From the NCBI GenBank assembly GCA_951406725.2, contig OX597822.1, positions 39,990,001 to 40,054,000 of the forward strand: a DNA stretch of 64,000 nt. The letters run 5' to 3'. A program made the translations under genes and the position numbers. Within the stretch, counting starts at the first letter, position 1. Every line of letters starts with the position of its first letter. The DNA comes from Octopus vulgaris (Eukaryota). The notes under the pieces were generated by a model, which was given only the letters and a program-made list of their open reading frames with translations, did no database searches and was not told the DNA's origin. Below are positions 11,918-25,128 of this stretch, piece by piece.

Positions 11918-12315
11918 GCTGTGTGGTAAGTAGCTTGCTTACCAACCACATGGTTGCGGGTTCAGTCTCACTGCGTGGTACCTAGTGCAAGTGTCTTCTA
12001 CAATAGACTAGGGCCGACCAAAGCCTTGTGAGTGGATTTGGTAGACGGAAACTGAAAGAAGCCTGTCGTATATATGTGTATATATATATATATATATTAT
12101 GCGTGTGTATGTGTTTGTGTGTTTGTGTTTGTTCCCCCACCATCGCTTGATAACCGATGCTGGTGTGTTTACGTTCCCGTAACTTAGCGGTTCGGCAAAA
12201 GAGACCGATAGAATATGTACTCGGCTTACAAAGAACAAGTCTTGGGGTCGATTTGCTCGACTAAAGGCGGTGCTCCAAATTGGCCACACTCACATGAATG
12301 AAACAAGTAAAAGAG
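11915..12315 (+). mobile_element. SINE family 1
   Basis: Complete body, head starting at the A box. Confidence 0.82.
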
Positions 12316-12329
12316 TATACATATATTTC

Positions 12330-12388
<59 letters not shown>

Positions 12389-13449
12389 GAATATAGAAAT
12401 ACTGCCATATATACACCATGTATATAACTTATGAACATATTACTCTCACGCAGCCACAATATCCACACGCGCACATATACACACATATACTCACACACAC
12501 AAAAACGGAAGTAATTGCCTAATTTATTAAAAGTTAGCGCCCTCTGTAGGTGGAACTGGTAAATTTAAAGACGGTCGATCAAGAAAATATATATCATCTT
12601 TCGTGGGAGACTGTGCACATCCCTTCGTATGTGTGTCGATGTATGTCTATCAGTCTCTCTTTCTCTCTCTCTCTCTCTTTCTCTCTGTGTATGTATGTGT
12701 GTGTGCGTGTGTGCATGTGTGTCTGTGTGTCTGTGTATATGTTTTTCTGCCTGTCACTCTTTCTCACTATCTGTATATGTATGTATGTTTCATTATCTGT
12801 GTCTATATACACATGCACAAACACACACACACACACACACACACACGCAAACGTGTATCTTCCTAAATGTGTAAGTATATATATGTATCTTTTTATGTGT
12901 ATATGTGTAGGTGTCTGTGTGTCTTCTTATATGTGAGTATATGTATGTCCTTGTGAATGCCTCTCTTCACCATTCCCTCTCTAGCTATCTCCATACATGC
13001 ACACATACATACTTACACACACACAAACATACATACATACATACTTACATACACACATACATACGTAGGTATGTGTGCGTATGTGTGTGCGTGTGTGTTT
13101 CCGTTGTTGTTGGCAATCTAGAGCAGACTACAAGTTCGACTGTCCTAGCTCCATGAGAAACCGGAAGCCAGCTGCTAAAAGCAACAAACCTCTGCTGTGA
13201 ACACCCATCATTGACCAAACAATAACCAGAAGAGAGATAACGATGTTTTGAAATATCTATGTCAAACCAATATTTGATCATTACAATTGTTGATGTTGTA
13301 ATGTCGCCCTTGTGGAAAATACAGAAACAAGAAAGGGGGTGAGGAGAGGGTGGTCAGCAAGTTAACCTAGAAATATATTGCGAGGAAGTTAAATATATTG
13401 CTATCCCCGAAAGGTAACAAAGAGGTTACCTTTCCTTTGTTATTCATTG

Positions 13450-13830
13450 CAACCTAAATACAGTGCCGTGTATCCGTTCCGTGTATTTGATCAGATTGGA
13501 GTGCTGCCTCTTGCATTTGTAGTTAGAGAGACGTGCTAACTGATCAGGAATACCTTCAGCTGCCATAAACCCTCCTTCAGCTGCCTTAAGCCCTATGCAT
13601 ATAAGATCCGGTATTCCGAGGCTGATCAAGCGCTATCACGCTCAGAGTTTGCAACATCTCTTGACATACCTGAACGGTGAAAAAAATGGATGAGATAACT
13701 CTTTGTGGATGAGATAGCTGCTTTCCTGCAGCAATATTCTTTGACAGAGCTGAAGTCCTGAGTCAAACAAAGACCAGCTTCGTTCGGGAACCAGGTATCT
13801 TGAATGTCGTCAGGTGTTCACTCTTCTCTA
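13450..13830 (+). mobile_element. Possible degraded Tx1-like LINE fragment
   Basis: GIPRLIKRYHAQSLQHLLTYLNGE and LECRQ resemble the post-RT region, immediately upstream of the 2455 fragment's ECRV motif. Confidence 0.35.
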
Positions 13831-14544
13831 ACGTTGATATGGAAGGGCAATAGTTTATTTCGGAAGACTTTTAATCCAGAATCTATGAAATCCCTCATAG
13901 TAAGGTCAGAAATCCCCTATAGTAAGGTGAAGATGGCGAGCAATATTACCGCCCCCAGTGAAATTGTCAAAAGATGAAAGGTAACAAAGTACATAGACCT
14001 ACATTAAGCACCGACTGTCGAAGAATAACGGCTGCGGGAGGACACTTGCCCCTGGCGGCCGGGGTTAACTTAGATGTAGAGATCAAGCATAACACCCGGG
14101 ATGTGTCTAAAATTTCAAAATAACAATAGCCTATTCTACTATAGCCACAAGGGCAGAAAGTTTGGATGAAGTTAAACGATTGCTTCGGCCCTGGTGCTTG
14201 AGTGATACTTAACTTATCGGCCCCGGAAAGATAGAAGGCAAAGTCGACCTGGTCAACTGGTGTTTACCGCCATCAGTAAATACACACACAAATACACTCA
14301 TATACACGCATAAACATATATATACTCATACACGCACTCGTACATACACGCGCGCACACACACAAACACGTATGCTGAGTTAGACAACGTTACTGAAAGG
14401 ACGCGAGTGGCGGGTGTATATAGGTACCAAATGAATAAATCGATAGTCGTATCGTAGTAAATGTAAAATCGGTCATATATATTGAGTATTATTTCCTTCA
14501 TCTGTAATCAAAATGATACCTCTATATTTCTCCCTATCTCTCTT

Positions 14545-14588
<44 letters not shown>

Positions 14589-14925
14589 TATGTATGTGTG
14601 TGTGTACATGTGTACGTAAACATACATCAGTTTATAAGGGTCATGAAATCGTGGTCAATAGCTAGTTAGCATCCAGCATATAATTGGTTATTGCAGTCCA
14701 CTCAAAATAAAACTGACCAATAAATTTTAATAATCAATATATAGAGGAATCACTTAGTACCATTACAAGATATTGGAATAATTGTGACACAGCCAAAGGC
14801 GGATGATAGAATAACCATCAGGTTTAATGTTATAAGTAATAGGGAATATTTGTTCGACTAAATCCTTGAAGGCGGTGCCCCAAATTGGTGCTGTCCAAAG
14901 ACTGAAACAAGCAAAACACACACAC

Positions 14926-15007
<82 letters not shown>

Positions 15008-15361
15008 TGTTGATGCTATAAAAGGTTATAAATGTTTTTGAGAGAACGTGGAATAATTCCTTTATGGAATTGATTCTCGAAGTAACTATAAGCTATGAAT
15101 AGCAAGTATGTAAATAGTGCGCTGAAAATACCCTTTGGGTAGAAAAAGTCGAAGATTGTCCGTGGGTACGATAGTAGAACGTTTCTAATGTCTACAGGAG
15201 GTGTGGGTTCGTGTCCCACAAACTGTCTTCGAGTATTTATATTCCAAAAGATTTTCTGACCAATGCATGCTATTATTTATAGCTTTACACGTAATTCAAG
15301 GACCAATTCCCTCAAGGAATTACACTCGCACACACATTCATATTTTATATGTATGTAGGAA

Positions 15362-15397
<36 letters not shown>

Positions 15398-15607
15398 CCT
15401 GTGTGTGTGTGTATATGCATACACACACACATATATATGCATACATATATGTATGCATATATATATGTGTGTGTGTGTATGTGTATGTATATATGCATAC
15501 ATACATATATACATACACACGCAAACACACATACACACATATAAGCATACATATATGTATTTATATGCGTGTGTATATATGTATATGTGTGTACGTATAT
15601 ATGCATG

Positions 15608-15654
<47 letters not shown>

Positions 15655-15660
15655 GCATAC

Positions 15661-16310
15661 ACAGAGGGTGATTGAAAAGTAACTCCCTATCTTTATTCAT
15701 TAACTGTAATTTTTTTCTCAAGTTTGTTGTGTATTTTCTTTAATGTATGGGAATTGATTCTATGTTGTTGTTTTTTTTTTTTCAGATCGATTATTTTGTT
15801 TGAAATTTAGAAGCCCTACACACATGGTCTGATCTCTTTAAAAATATCCTCTGGAGTGATGAAGTGGTATTCCGCATCGGTGGGTGTATGAACAATCACA
15901 ATTGCCACTACCGGACAGGAGAAGATCCTCGTATTACATCTGAAATAATGCAGAATAGACCCGAGGTAACGGTATGATGTGGAATGACTTCAAACATGAT
16001 TGTGGGTCCTTTCATCCTTTGTAATACCATGAATGCTGAAAGGTACCTCACCATGCTGCAAGATGAAATATGGCCAGTTATCAGTTCTTGGAAGAATATT
16101 GAAGATTTGATTTTTATGCAAGATGGCGCTCCTCCGCATTTTTCTATTGTTGTTTGTGAATGGCGGAATGCCCACTTCTCTGGGAGATGGATGGATCATT
16201 GAAGTCCGCATGATTGGCTGGCCAGAAGACCTGATTTTAAACCCTGCGACATTTTCCTTTGGAGTTGCTTAATAGATCAAGTCTATTCTACCAAACCAAC
16301 GACTGTTCAG
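15661..16310 (+). mobile_element. Tc1/mariner-superfamily DD41D (rosa/VS-type) transposase pseudogene, internally deleted
   Basis: ILWSDE...FMQDGAPPH...RRPDFKPCDIFLW, with 41 residues between the 2nd and 3rd catalytic D (counted). TIR-like acagagggtgattgaaaagtaactcc at 15661. In-frame stops. Confidence 0.8.
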
Positions 16311-17103
16311 TTATGGCAAGCAGTGTTTAGTAGGACATATTTAAAGTGCTGTTAAAGAAGTCTCCTTCAATCGGGAGATTTCAACGTATTAGCTACTTAG
16401 AGATGATATACTAAAATTACAATAATTACAGCTGTAACTGCCTCTCCTAAAGAATGTCTCAAAACTCCCGGAATGCAACTGGTATGTATGTATGTATGTA
16501 TGTATGTATGTATGTATGTATGTATGTATGTATGTATGTATATATATATATATATATACATACATACATATATATATATATATGTGTGTGTATGTGTGTG
16601 TGTGAGTGTGTGTGTATATATTATATATTTATGTATGAATGTATGTTTCTATGTGTGTATCTATCTGCGTCTGTGAGTGCTTGTATGCGTGAGTGTGTGT
16701 GCTTATGTATGTATGTGTGTGCATGTGGGTGTGTGTGCGCGTGAGCACGTGCGTGGTTGCATAATTTGAGGGCTGCTCATGTCTGGAATGCAGGTTTATA
16801 TAATGAATTGTTGGAGTGTATACAATTACAACAGAGTAGAATTATCGCATCCATTTATTTCCTCATTCACTGTTATGACACATTTAATTTATCAATAATT
16901 TCGTAATATTATACAATAGCAGGCATCAGATTCTTCTGTCGTACAAAAGTGGGAAAGTATAAACAACTGCATCAACCAAATTCTCATTAAAACTTACGCG
17001 CACTTGCATACACACACGCATGATATTCAAAGCCTAATATGGCCGCACGATGAATTTGAGGCGTGAACACACACACGCGCACATACATACATAAATACAT
17101 ACA

Positions 17104-17186
<83 letters not shown>

Positions 17187-17388
17187 TACATATATATATA
17201 ATGGTTTTGTTATACGGTGTCGTGTTTTACAATCCTGTAAATAATAATAATGGTATTTATATAAGCTTGAAGCGTATGGCAATCACCGTGCAATGATGAC
17301 TAAGGAAAATATAAGCCCTCGACAGAAAATAGAAGGCTTTCCTATCCGCCGCGTTAACAAAGGGATGTGGGTTCGTGTCCCACGCGGA

Positions 17389-17656
<268 letters not shown>

Positions 17657-18139
17657 TGTTTTGTCTTGGTGTAAAAGATGGGCTACAGCAAATATTCTGC
17701 ACAATACCACACATTTGCTTGTCAGTTGATCTTATCCTTAACCAGTTGAGCATGTCCCTTAGTGGCTGACGATATGTGCATCTCTGATCACGACCAGAGG
17801 TAGTAGGGGAGCATCATAGCCATGTGCTGAGAGGGATTCTTTGGGGTTTGAATAGTTCACCTCTGGAAACATGGGTGGTTCTTTCAACATCCTTAAACAA
17901 CCCTTATTCAGGGACCTTTTGAGCGGGACGGGCTACTCAACCTGAAGAAAATTCTAACTGGGCCCCACCTGCAAGGTCATGCGCTGTTTATCTTGATATG
18001 AGATCACCATGTCGCGCACATATGGTTGTGATGCATGTGCCTGGTGTACCCTTATCAGACGGGTAGTCATGATGGGTATATTGGGCTTCGTATATTTTAC
18101 CCCAGTGTCACTTTGATGGCATGAACTGCTCTCTCACTC
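17657..18139 (+). mobile_element. ~560-bp element, copy 2 (lacks ~75 bp at the inferred 5' end)
   Basis: Reverse complement of copy 1, with (AAT)n on both sides. Confidence 0.85.
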
Positions 18140-18196
<57 letters not shown>

Positions 18197-18345
18197 GGTC
18201 TTTTAGGGACACCAAAGATTATCAGGCGAGTCCTAAGCAGTTGAAAAACTGCTGAAAACTCGTGGATACCTAAGGTAACCAGTAGTAACCCGCTTCTCGC
18301 ATAAATCCTACCAGAAATAAGACCGAACCTGATCCAAACCAAAAT
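18197..18345 (+). mobile_element. Extreme 3' end of another RLE retrotransposon family (F)
   Basis: GLLGTPKIIRRVLSS-stop followed by a distinct 3' UTR, directly after (AAT)n. Confidence 0.6.
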
Positions 18346-18365
18346 AACGATGATGATGATGACGA

Positions 18366-18434
<69 letters not shown>

Positions 18435-18479
18435 TGCTACTACTACTACTGATATTAATGATAGTAATAATAAAGGATA

Positions 18480-18720
18480 TACTCAGGATGAAGATTGCAA
18501 ACTCCTGTGAGATGCAATGATTCAATGTGACCATCAGATTTCAGACATCGGAAACTTGACTTGCATGATATTCGACATATCATGTCCCGGTGACAACAGG
18601 ATCAATGAAAAAGAAGAAAAAGCGAACAGCTAACACCATATGAAGTGGGGAAATAGGCAGGTTGTAGGAAATGAAGAGAAGGAAGGTGGTATCAATAGTA
18701 ATTGGCGCGTTTGGACGTAT
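18480..18720 (+). mobile_element. Degraded RLE-endonuclease fragment
   Basis: Frameshifted remnants EDCKLL, IQCDH, FDISCPGDNRINEKEE and VIGAFG. Confidence 0.5.
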
Positions 18721-18884
18721 CAACACTCAACTGCCAACATGGCTTTAAAAAGATTGGTACAAATGTATAAAGATAGAGCACCTACAAATGACCATTGCTT
18801 AGAACTGAAAAATGTTCTCGTCAGTGTTCTTGAAGTATGATCAGCAAATAAATGTCACCTTAGTCTGCTGGCTGTGGACAGTCG

Positions 18885-19175
18885 ATAGATATGACAGCTT
18901 AGTTTGGGAGGTTGAGCAGTTGTGGTCGATGAAAAAGGTGGCAATAGTACCAATAATTGTCGGAGCCCTGGGAACAGTAAGTAAAATTCTTGAGAAGTAC
19001 ATGTAACATATAGGGGCTGCAATAAGGATGGAGCACTTGCAGAAAACAGCACTGCTTGGAACCGCTCGAATACTCCGGATGGTGCTCGAAAATTAAGGGC
19101 TGTTACCTTAGTTCACTGGTAGTCAACATCTGGCACTGTAGTACATCTCCAGCGCTAGAAGCTATGCAAAGACAA
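18885..19175 (+). mobile_element. 3' fragment of RLE retrotransposon (family D)
   Basis: RYDSLVWEVEQLW...VPIIVGALGTVSK...LQKTALLGTARILRMVL, followed by a 3' UTR and (AAT)n. Confidence 0.8.
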
Positions 19176-19177
19176 TA

Positions 19178-19218
<41 letters not shown>

Positions 19219-19234
19219 CAACAACAACAACAAC

Positions 19235-19290
<56 letters not shown>

Positions 19291-19357
19291 TAATGATTTC
19301 ATTAACAACTACAACAATAAATAATTGTAATAACAAGAATAATTATCATCATTATTA

Positions 19358-19412
<55 letters not shown>

Positions 19413-19468
19413 CCCAGATACTTCCGAATTGAGTTATTTATTACGTCTTGGGAAAATTTCCTTGTAAA

Positions 19469-19529
<61 letters not shown>

Positions 19530-19911
19530 TACACGCACAAATACTTGTCTCCATCTAACTATAGACTCTCCGTTGCCATTAAAAGTGTATTTTCAGCAAA
19601 AGATAATTTTAAAGCAGGAGCTTGCCTAACAAAATATCAAATTTCATCATTATTAAAACGTAAAATGTAATACAAGGAATAGTACTAATCATGTTGAAGA
19701 ATTTAATTAAATTTCAACAACGATCAGATATATGAAGTTGTTTATTTGCTCCATAATGCCGAATCCAACTAAAGATTATTATTGAACTGGATTATATTAA
19801 CCTTTTAGCTTTACTAATTAATCTATTGAGAATGTTGGACAAACGGTTTACAGATTTTCTGTTGTGAAATAAAGAATATTTTCCAAATTCTTACTTCGAG
19901 TTTCGAATTCT

Positions 19912-20140
19912 TTTATTCTTCTATTCTTTTACTTGTTTCAGTGATTTGACTGCAGCCATGCATGGAGCACCGCCTTTAGGCGAGAAAATCGATCCCAGGA
20001 CTTATTCTTTGTAAACCTAACATTGGTCACTTTTTCCGAACTGCTAAGTTACGAGGACGTAAACGCACCAGCATCGGTTATCAAGCGATGGTGCTGGGAG
20101 ACAAGCACAGAAACACAAACACACAAACACACACACACAC

Positions 20141-20215
<75 letters not shown>

Positions 20216-20370
20216 CATATATATATACATATATAGAACAGGCTTCTTTCAGTTTCCGTCTGCCAAATTCACTCACAAGGCTTTGGTCGGCCCGAGGCAA
20301 TAGTAGAAGACGCAGTGAGATTGAACCTGGAACCATGTGTTTGATAAGCAAGCTACTTACCACACAGCCA
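19912..20370 (-). mobile_element. SINE family 1
   Basis: Reverse-complement full copy with expanded internal (TA)n. Confidence 0.8.
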
Positions 20371-21794
20371 GAATAAAAATTCTGAAAAAAAGAAAATAAC
20401 AAACAAAACAAGTGCTGAAAATAACATTAGTTAAAAAATTCTGAACGAATTAAAAAAAACCTCGACCAGAGTGACCTCTTCAGCTATAGATAGAGTCGAT
20501 TAACGCTAAAACACGACATTTTAATTAAAAATTTTGTCATAATTATAAAATTCCAAACTCTCTTTGTAATTGGGTTGCTTGTTTTCTCATTCCTTGCACC
20601 AAAAGATTAATTTACAGTAATAACACAAGACTAATTCTATATCTTCTCTTCAACATGCTTGTCTTGTTTTTTTTTCTATTGTATTTTTATTCTTTATAAA
20701 AGATTTGTCAACTTAAAATGAAATTGTGCAAATGCCAGATTTGGCTGATAGTTTAAATTTATATGCTTCGTCAGTGTTGTAAATAACGATAACAAGATGT
20801 CTATAGCTATATCAGTTGTCCTGCAACAGACAAACGAAAATGGATAATTTGATACTTCTAAAACAATTCATTTTTATGACCCCGAATCTCTTAATTATCT
20901 ATGTAATGAAATATATTTAATGAATCAATTATTGGACTGCTATTAAAATTCTTGGTATTTGGTTGCAATCAGATTTAAACAAAGAAATTCATTAAGTGTT
21001 TCTTGAAAAATATAATTTTAATACAGTACGCTGTTAGAATCATCTTAAAACGAACATCGCTGTTTAACATCTAAACATTGCGGAATATTTATTAAAAGTA
21101 TAATTAAAATTCTATCTCTATTTCCATATAGTAGTTGGGATAATGGAAGATACTATTATTAATTATCTTCAAGATATTGAAAAAAAAATGCTGTATAAAA
21201 ATCGAAGAAATTAAATAAAGCTGTTTATGATCTCCCCGTTCCTTCCATCAAAAATAACTATTTTCATGTTGCAGGCTTCTTTCCTATTTCTGCTTTGATG
21301 GAAGTACACAGAAACCACAAATTGCTAATTGATCGATTTAAATCCCAAAGAAAGCAATATGATATTTCGCAACCTTCGTAGGAAGAACAATTAAGATAAT
21401 AGGAAAGAACACTATTGGAAGAACAATTAATATATCTGTACGCGTTTATCAATGATTCATTCACCACTGATCCGGTTAACACAGTACACTCAATTGTAAA
21501 CCATGTTGCGCTTATCACGGATTGATTTGTGATACCACGGGTCGGTAGTCAGTCAAAGTTTCTGCTTGGACTGCAACAGAGCACTCCAACGACCATCCAC
21601 AACGTTCAGGATAACACGGGATCTTAGAAAGAAACCTGTTTTCCATTATGTAGTATTATTCTTTTATCACTGGTTCGTTTCATACGGTGTTTTCACGGTA
21701 CTAAACAGCAGGGATAAAAGACAGTAGATGTATAACAGGAAAAAGAAAACAAGGGAATGACATAAAAACAACACCACCACCAACAATAATAATA

Positions 21795-21914
21795 ATCTCA
21801 AATTTTGGCCCAAGATAGCGTTTTCGGGGCAGGAGGTTAGTCTATTACATCTCGCCCAGTGCTCAAACGGTACTTATTTTATCGACTCCGAAAGGATGAA
21901 AGGTAAAGTTGTTT

Positions 21915-22007
<93 letters not shown>

Positions 22008-22445
22008 GTTTTATATTTTGCCACAAGGCGAGCAATTTCCATTGAGGTGGGATGTGGGGAAAGTCGGTCACATCGATCCCAAAGCTCAAATGGTACTTAT
22101 TTTATCGACCCCGAAAGGATGAATGGCAAAATGGACATGGGTAGAATTTGAATTCAGAACGTAAAAATGGACAAAATGCCGCTAAGCATGATGTCCTACT
22201 TGCTCCCGATTCTGCCAGCCTGCTGCCTTAAAAATAATAATTCTTTCTACTATAGGCGCAAGGCCTGAAATTTTGTAAGAGGGGTCTAGTCGATCCCAGT
22301 TCTCGACTGGTACTTATTTTATCGACTCCGAAATGATAAAAAGGCACAGTCGAACAGTCGACATCGACGGGATTTGAACTCAGAACGTAAGTGCTACTAA
22401 GCATTTCGTTCGGCGGGCTAACGATATTGCCATCACACCGTCTTA
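21795..22445 (-). mobile_element. Cluster of three SINE family 2 copies/fragments around (AAT)/(ATT) tracts
   Basis: Repeated gtacttattttatcgac(c/t)ccgaaa...gaa motif at ~21870, ~22095 and ~22310. Confidence 0.7.
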
Positions 22446-22588
22446 GGCTGGTGAAGAGTAGTAACATTCTGCTAAAGAAATACTACAGGAATAACGTTTT
22501 CTTTTTTAATTTACTAATTGCTTATCTAATCGTCTATTATTACACTCTCCAAAAAGTCATCATAAACATTTGAAAGTATACTGTTTAA

Positions 22589-22805
22589 TCCTTTAACTGT
22601 GAAATAGAATTTCATGATTATTCCAGTAATGATGTCAAATACTTACCAGAAAACAGAATTGGTATCTTCTGTAAGTCATGGTTAAAAAAATAGTTTCAAA
22701 TATAACATTCCTCGTCAAAGATTAGATTGGTATCTAAAACTGCTTTTTACAGTGAAGGGTAATGACATTTTGAGTGGATATATTTGATTTCCGCAGTAAA
22801 AGTGT
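22589..22805. mobile_element. Second, more decayed copy of the same piggyBac-like MITE
   Basis: Preceded by TTAA, colinear similarity to 22879-23113, ends cgcagtaaaagtg. Confidence 0.45.
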
Positions 22806-22878
22806 AGTTAAATAATGTAGTCCTTAATTAGTTAGAAGTAGCAATCAAGTCTTCTTAAAATTAGAGATTACTGCCATA

Positions 22879-23113
22879 CCCTTTTCACTGCGAAATTAAA
22901 TTTCCTTGTTATTCCAGGAATGATTTAAATATCTGCTAAGAATTAAAATCAGTATTTTCTACAAGTCACGTTGTCTCAATTAATTTGACATATCTCAAGA
23001 GAAAATAGTTTTGACGTTTCTTAATGAAAGGTAGATTGGTGTATAAAACTGCTTTCTGCTGCTAAGGGTAACAACATTTCAGGTGGATATATCTGGTTTC
23101 CGCAGTAAAAGGG
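22879..23113. mobile_element. piggyBac-like MITE
   Basis: cccttttcactgcg ... cgcagtaaaaggg followed by TTAA. Confidence 0.55.
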
Positions 23114-23635
23114 TTAAAAGATATGAAAAATATTTATTTGAAAATAATATACAAATTATGGTGTTTGTAATACGAGTTCATAAAAATACTAGGCGTAAGA
23201 AATGAAGCAGACAAATTAGCAGGAAAATGTGAAGTACAAAGAGAAATAGGCATAGAGTACACTGCAAGTCATTGCATTGCAAAAGCACTTTGTTAAAAAA
23301 ATCATATTAATGAAGATAGGGTAAAATATTGGTACGAATCAATAGATAAATTAATCTTCTGTTATGTCAGTTACAATTGTTGTCTTATAAATCTTACAGT
23401 TATTGAACAATAGAAACAAACAAAGATTGTGTTGGCTATACAGAAGATACAGAAGTCATATGCTTCTAAATTATATATTATCATGAACAGTTTGTATAGA
23501 AGTATAGAATCGTCTTTGTATTGTTGTGAAGACTATTCAGAAAATTTATGGCATTCTATGTATTTCAATATCAAGAATTATCATATCGAAAGAGAAAGAG
23601 AAAGATATAGAGATAAAAAAGGAGAGAGGAAGAAG

Positions 23636-23667
<32 letters not shown>

Positions 23668-24587
23668 AAGGGACAGAGAGAGAAATCGGAGATGTGAGGG
23701 AATAGTCAGCCTTCAAAAGATTGCTAACGTTAAAGATACGATTTAGTCTGAAGGAACTGCCAACCACTAAAATCATTCAATTCATAAAATTAACCAAACG
23801 AGTTGTAATTTTATTAAACTTCATTGGTAGAGTATTAATTATCTCTTTTAAGACCGTCATAACGTCCATGCTCTTTCCACAAATGCTTCAGTTACGCCCT
23901 CATCCTACCCACACTCATATACACACACATACACTTGCATACACCTACTATAGAACACTTTGTTGCCAATCAGATTTTCCCAGTTTTTCGGGTCCCATTA
24001 GGCCCCTAATTCATTTTTAGAATTGAAATTGTTGAAATTAATCATCACATGTAATGTGGTTTCAATGTAAAGTTTATAATTTTGACAAAATTCTACTAAG
24101 ATACCACGTGAGATGCATATAGGTTATTTTTTCAGAGATTTCATTCGAAATCTATCTATATCATTCTAAAAGCTATTGACTATGTCTTGTAATTTATTTT
24201 GAAATTGTAATTAACGATTATGAATTCTAAAAATATCTGGTAATGAGATAAATTTGAACGAAGGGAACCTGTATTTTTCCTATGCAAAGGATTATACCTA
24301 GATTATACTGAATTCTTATTAAATGTTTTATGTTGTCTGTGTAGTTAATGAATATTCTGCCTCATTTTTTTTTTATGCTTCTCCATCGATATTAGAACAT
24401 TATTTAGTTATTATGTTCAGAAAACGAATGTAAAATTACTAATCAGAGATTGTAGAGTATGATTAGTTATCATACGCGCTGTTAATTGACACTGTCGCTG
24501 CTTGGAGTTGCTCATTTTACACGTTTGTTCAACCAACATTTTCTTTTAGTGATATTGAATATTTTAAAGGTGATGTTACGAAAGGTA

Positions 24588-24657
<70 letters not shown>

Positions 24658-24659
24658 TA

Positions 24660-25032
24660 GGCATAGGCGTGTGCTTCTCAAACACATAGTTCAGGGTTCA
24701 GTCCCACTGCGTGACACCTTGGGCAAGTGTCTTCTACTATAGTCTTGGGCCAACCAAAGCCTTGTGAGCAGATTTGGTAGACGGAAGCTGAAAGAAGCCC
24801 GTCGTATGTGTGTGTTTGTATGTGTGTCTTTGGGTCTGTGTACCCCACCGTCACCGCTTCACAACCGGTGTTGTGTGTTTACGCCTCCGTAACTGAACTG
24901 TTCGCCAAAACAGAACGGTAGAACAGGTACTAGGCTTTTAAAACATAAGTCTTGGGGTTGATTTGTTCAAATAAAACCCTTCGAGGCGGTGCTCCAGAAT
25001 GGCCGAAGTTAAAATGACTGAAACAAGTAAAA
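24660..25032 (+). mobile_element. SINE family 1
   Basis: B box ggttcagtccc, body and tail. Confidence 0.78.
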
Positions 25033-25080
25033 TAATATATATATATACATATATATGTACGTATATATATATGTAAGTAT

Positions 25081-25128
<48 letters not shown>

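Noticed and set aside
12503-12550. ETS-like acggaagt and CTCF-like agcgccctctgtagg motifs
   Set aside because: Short imperfect matches are expected by chance in 64 kb, and there is no supporting context.
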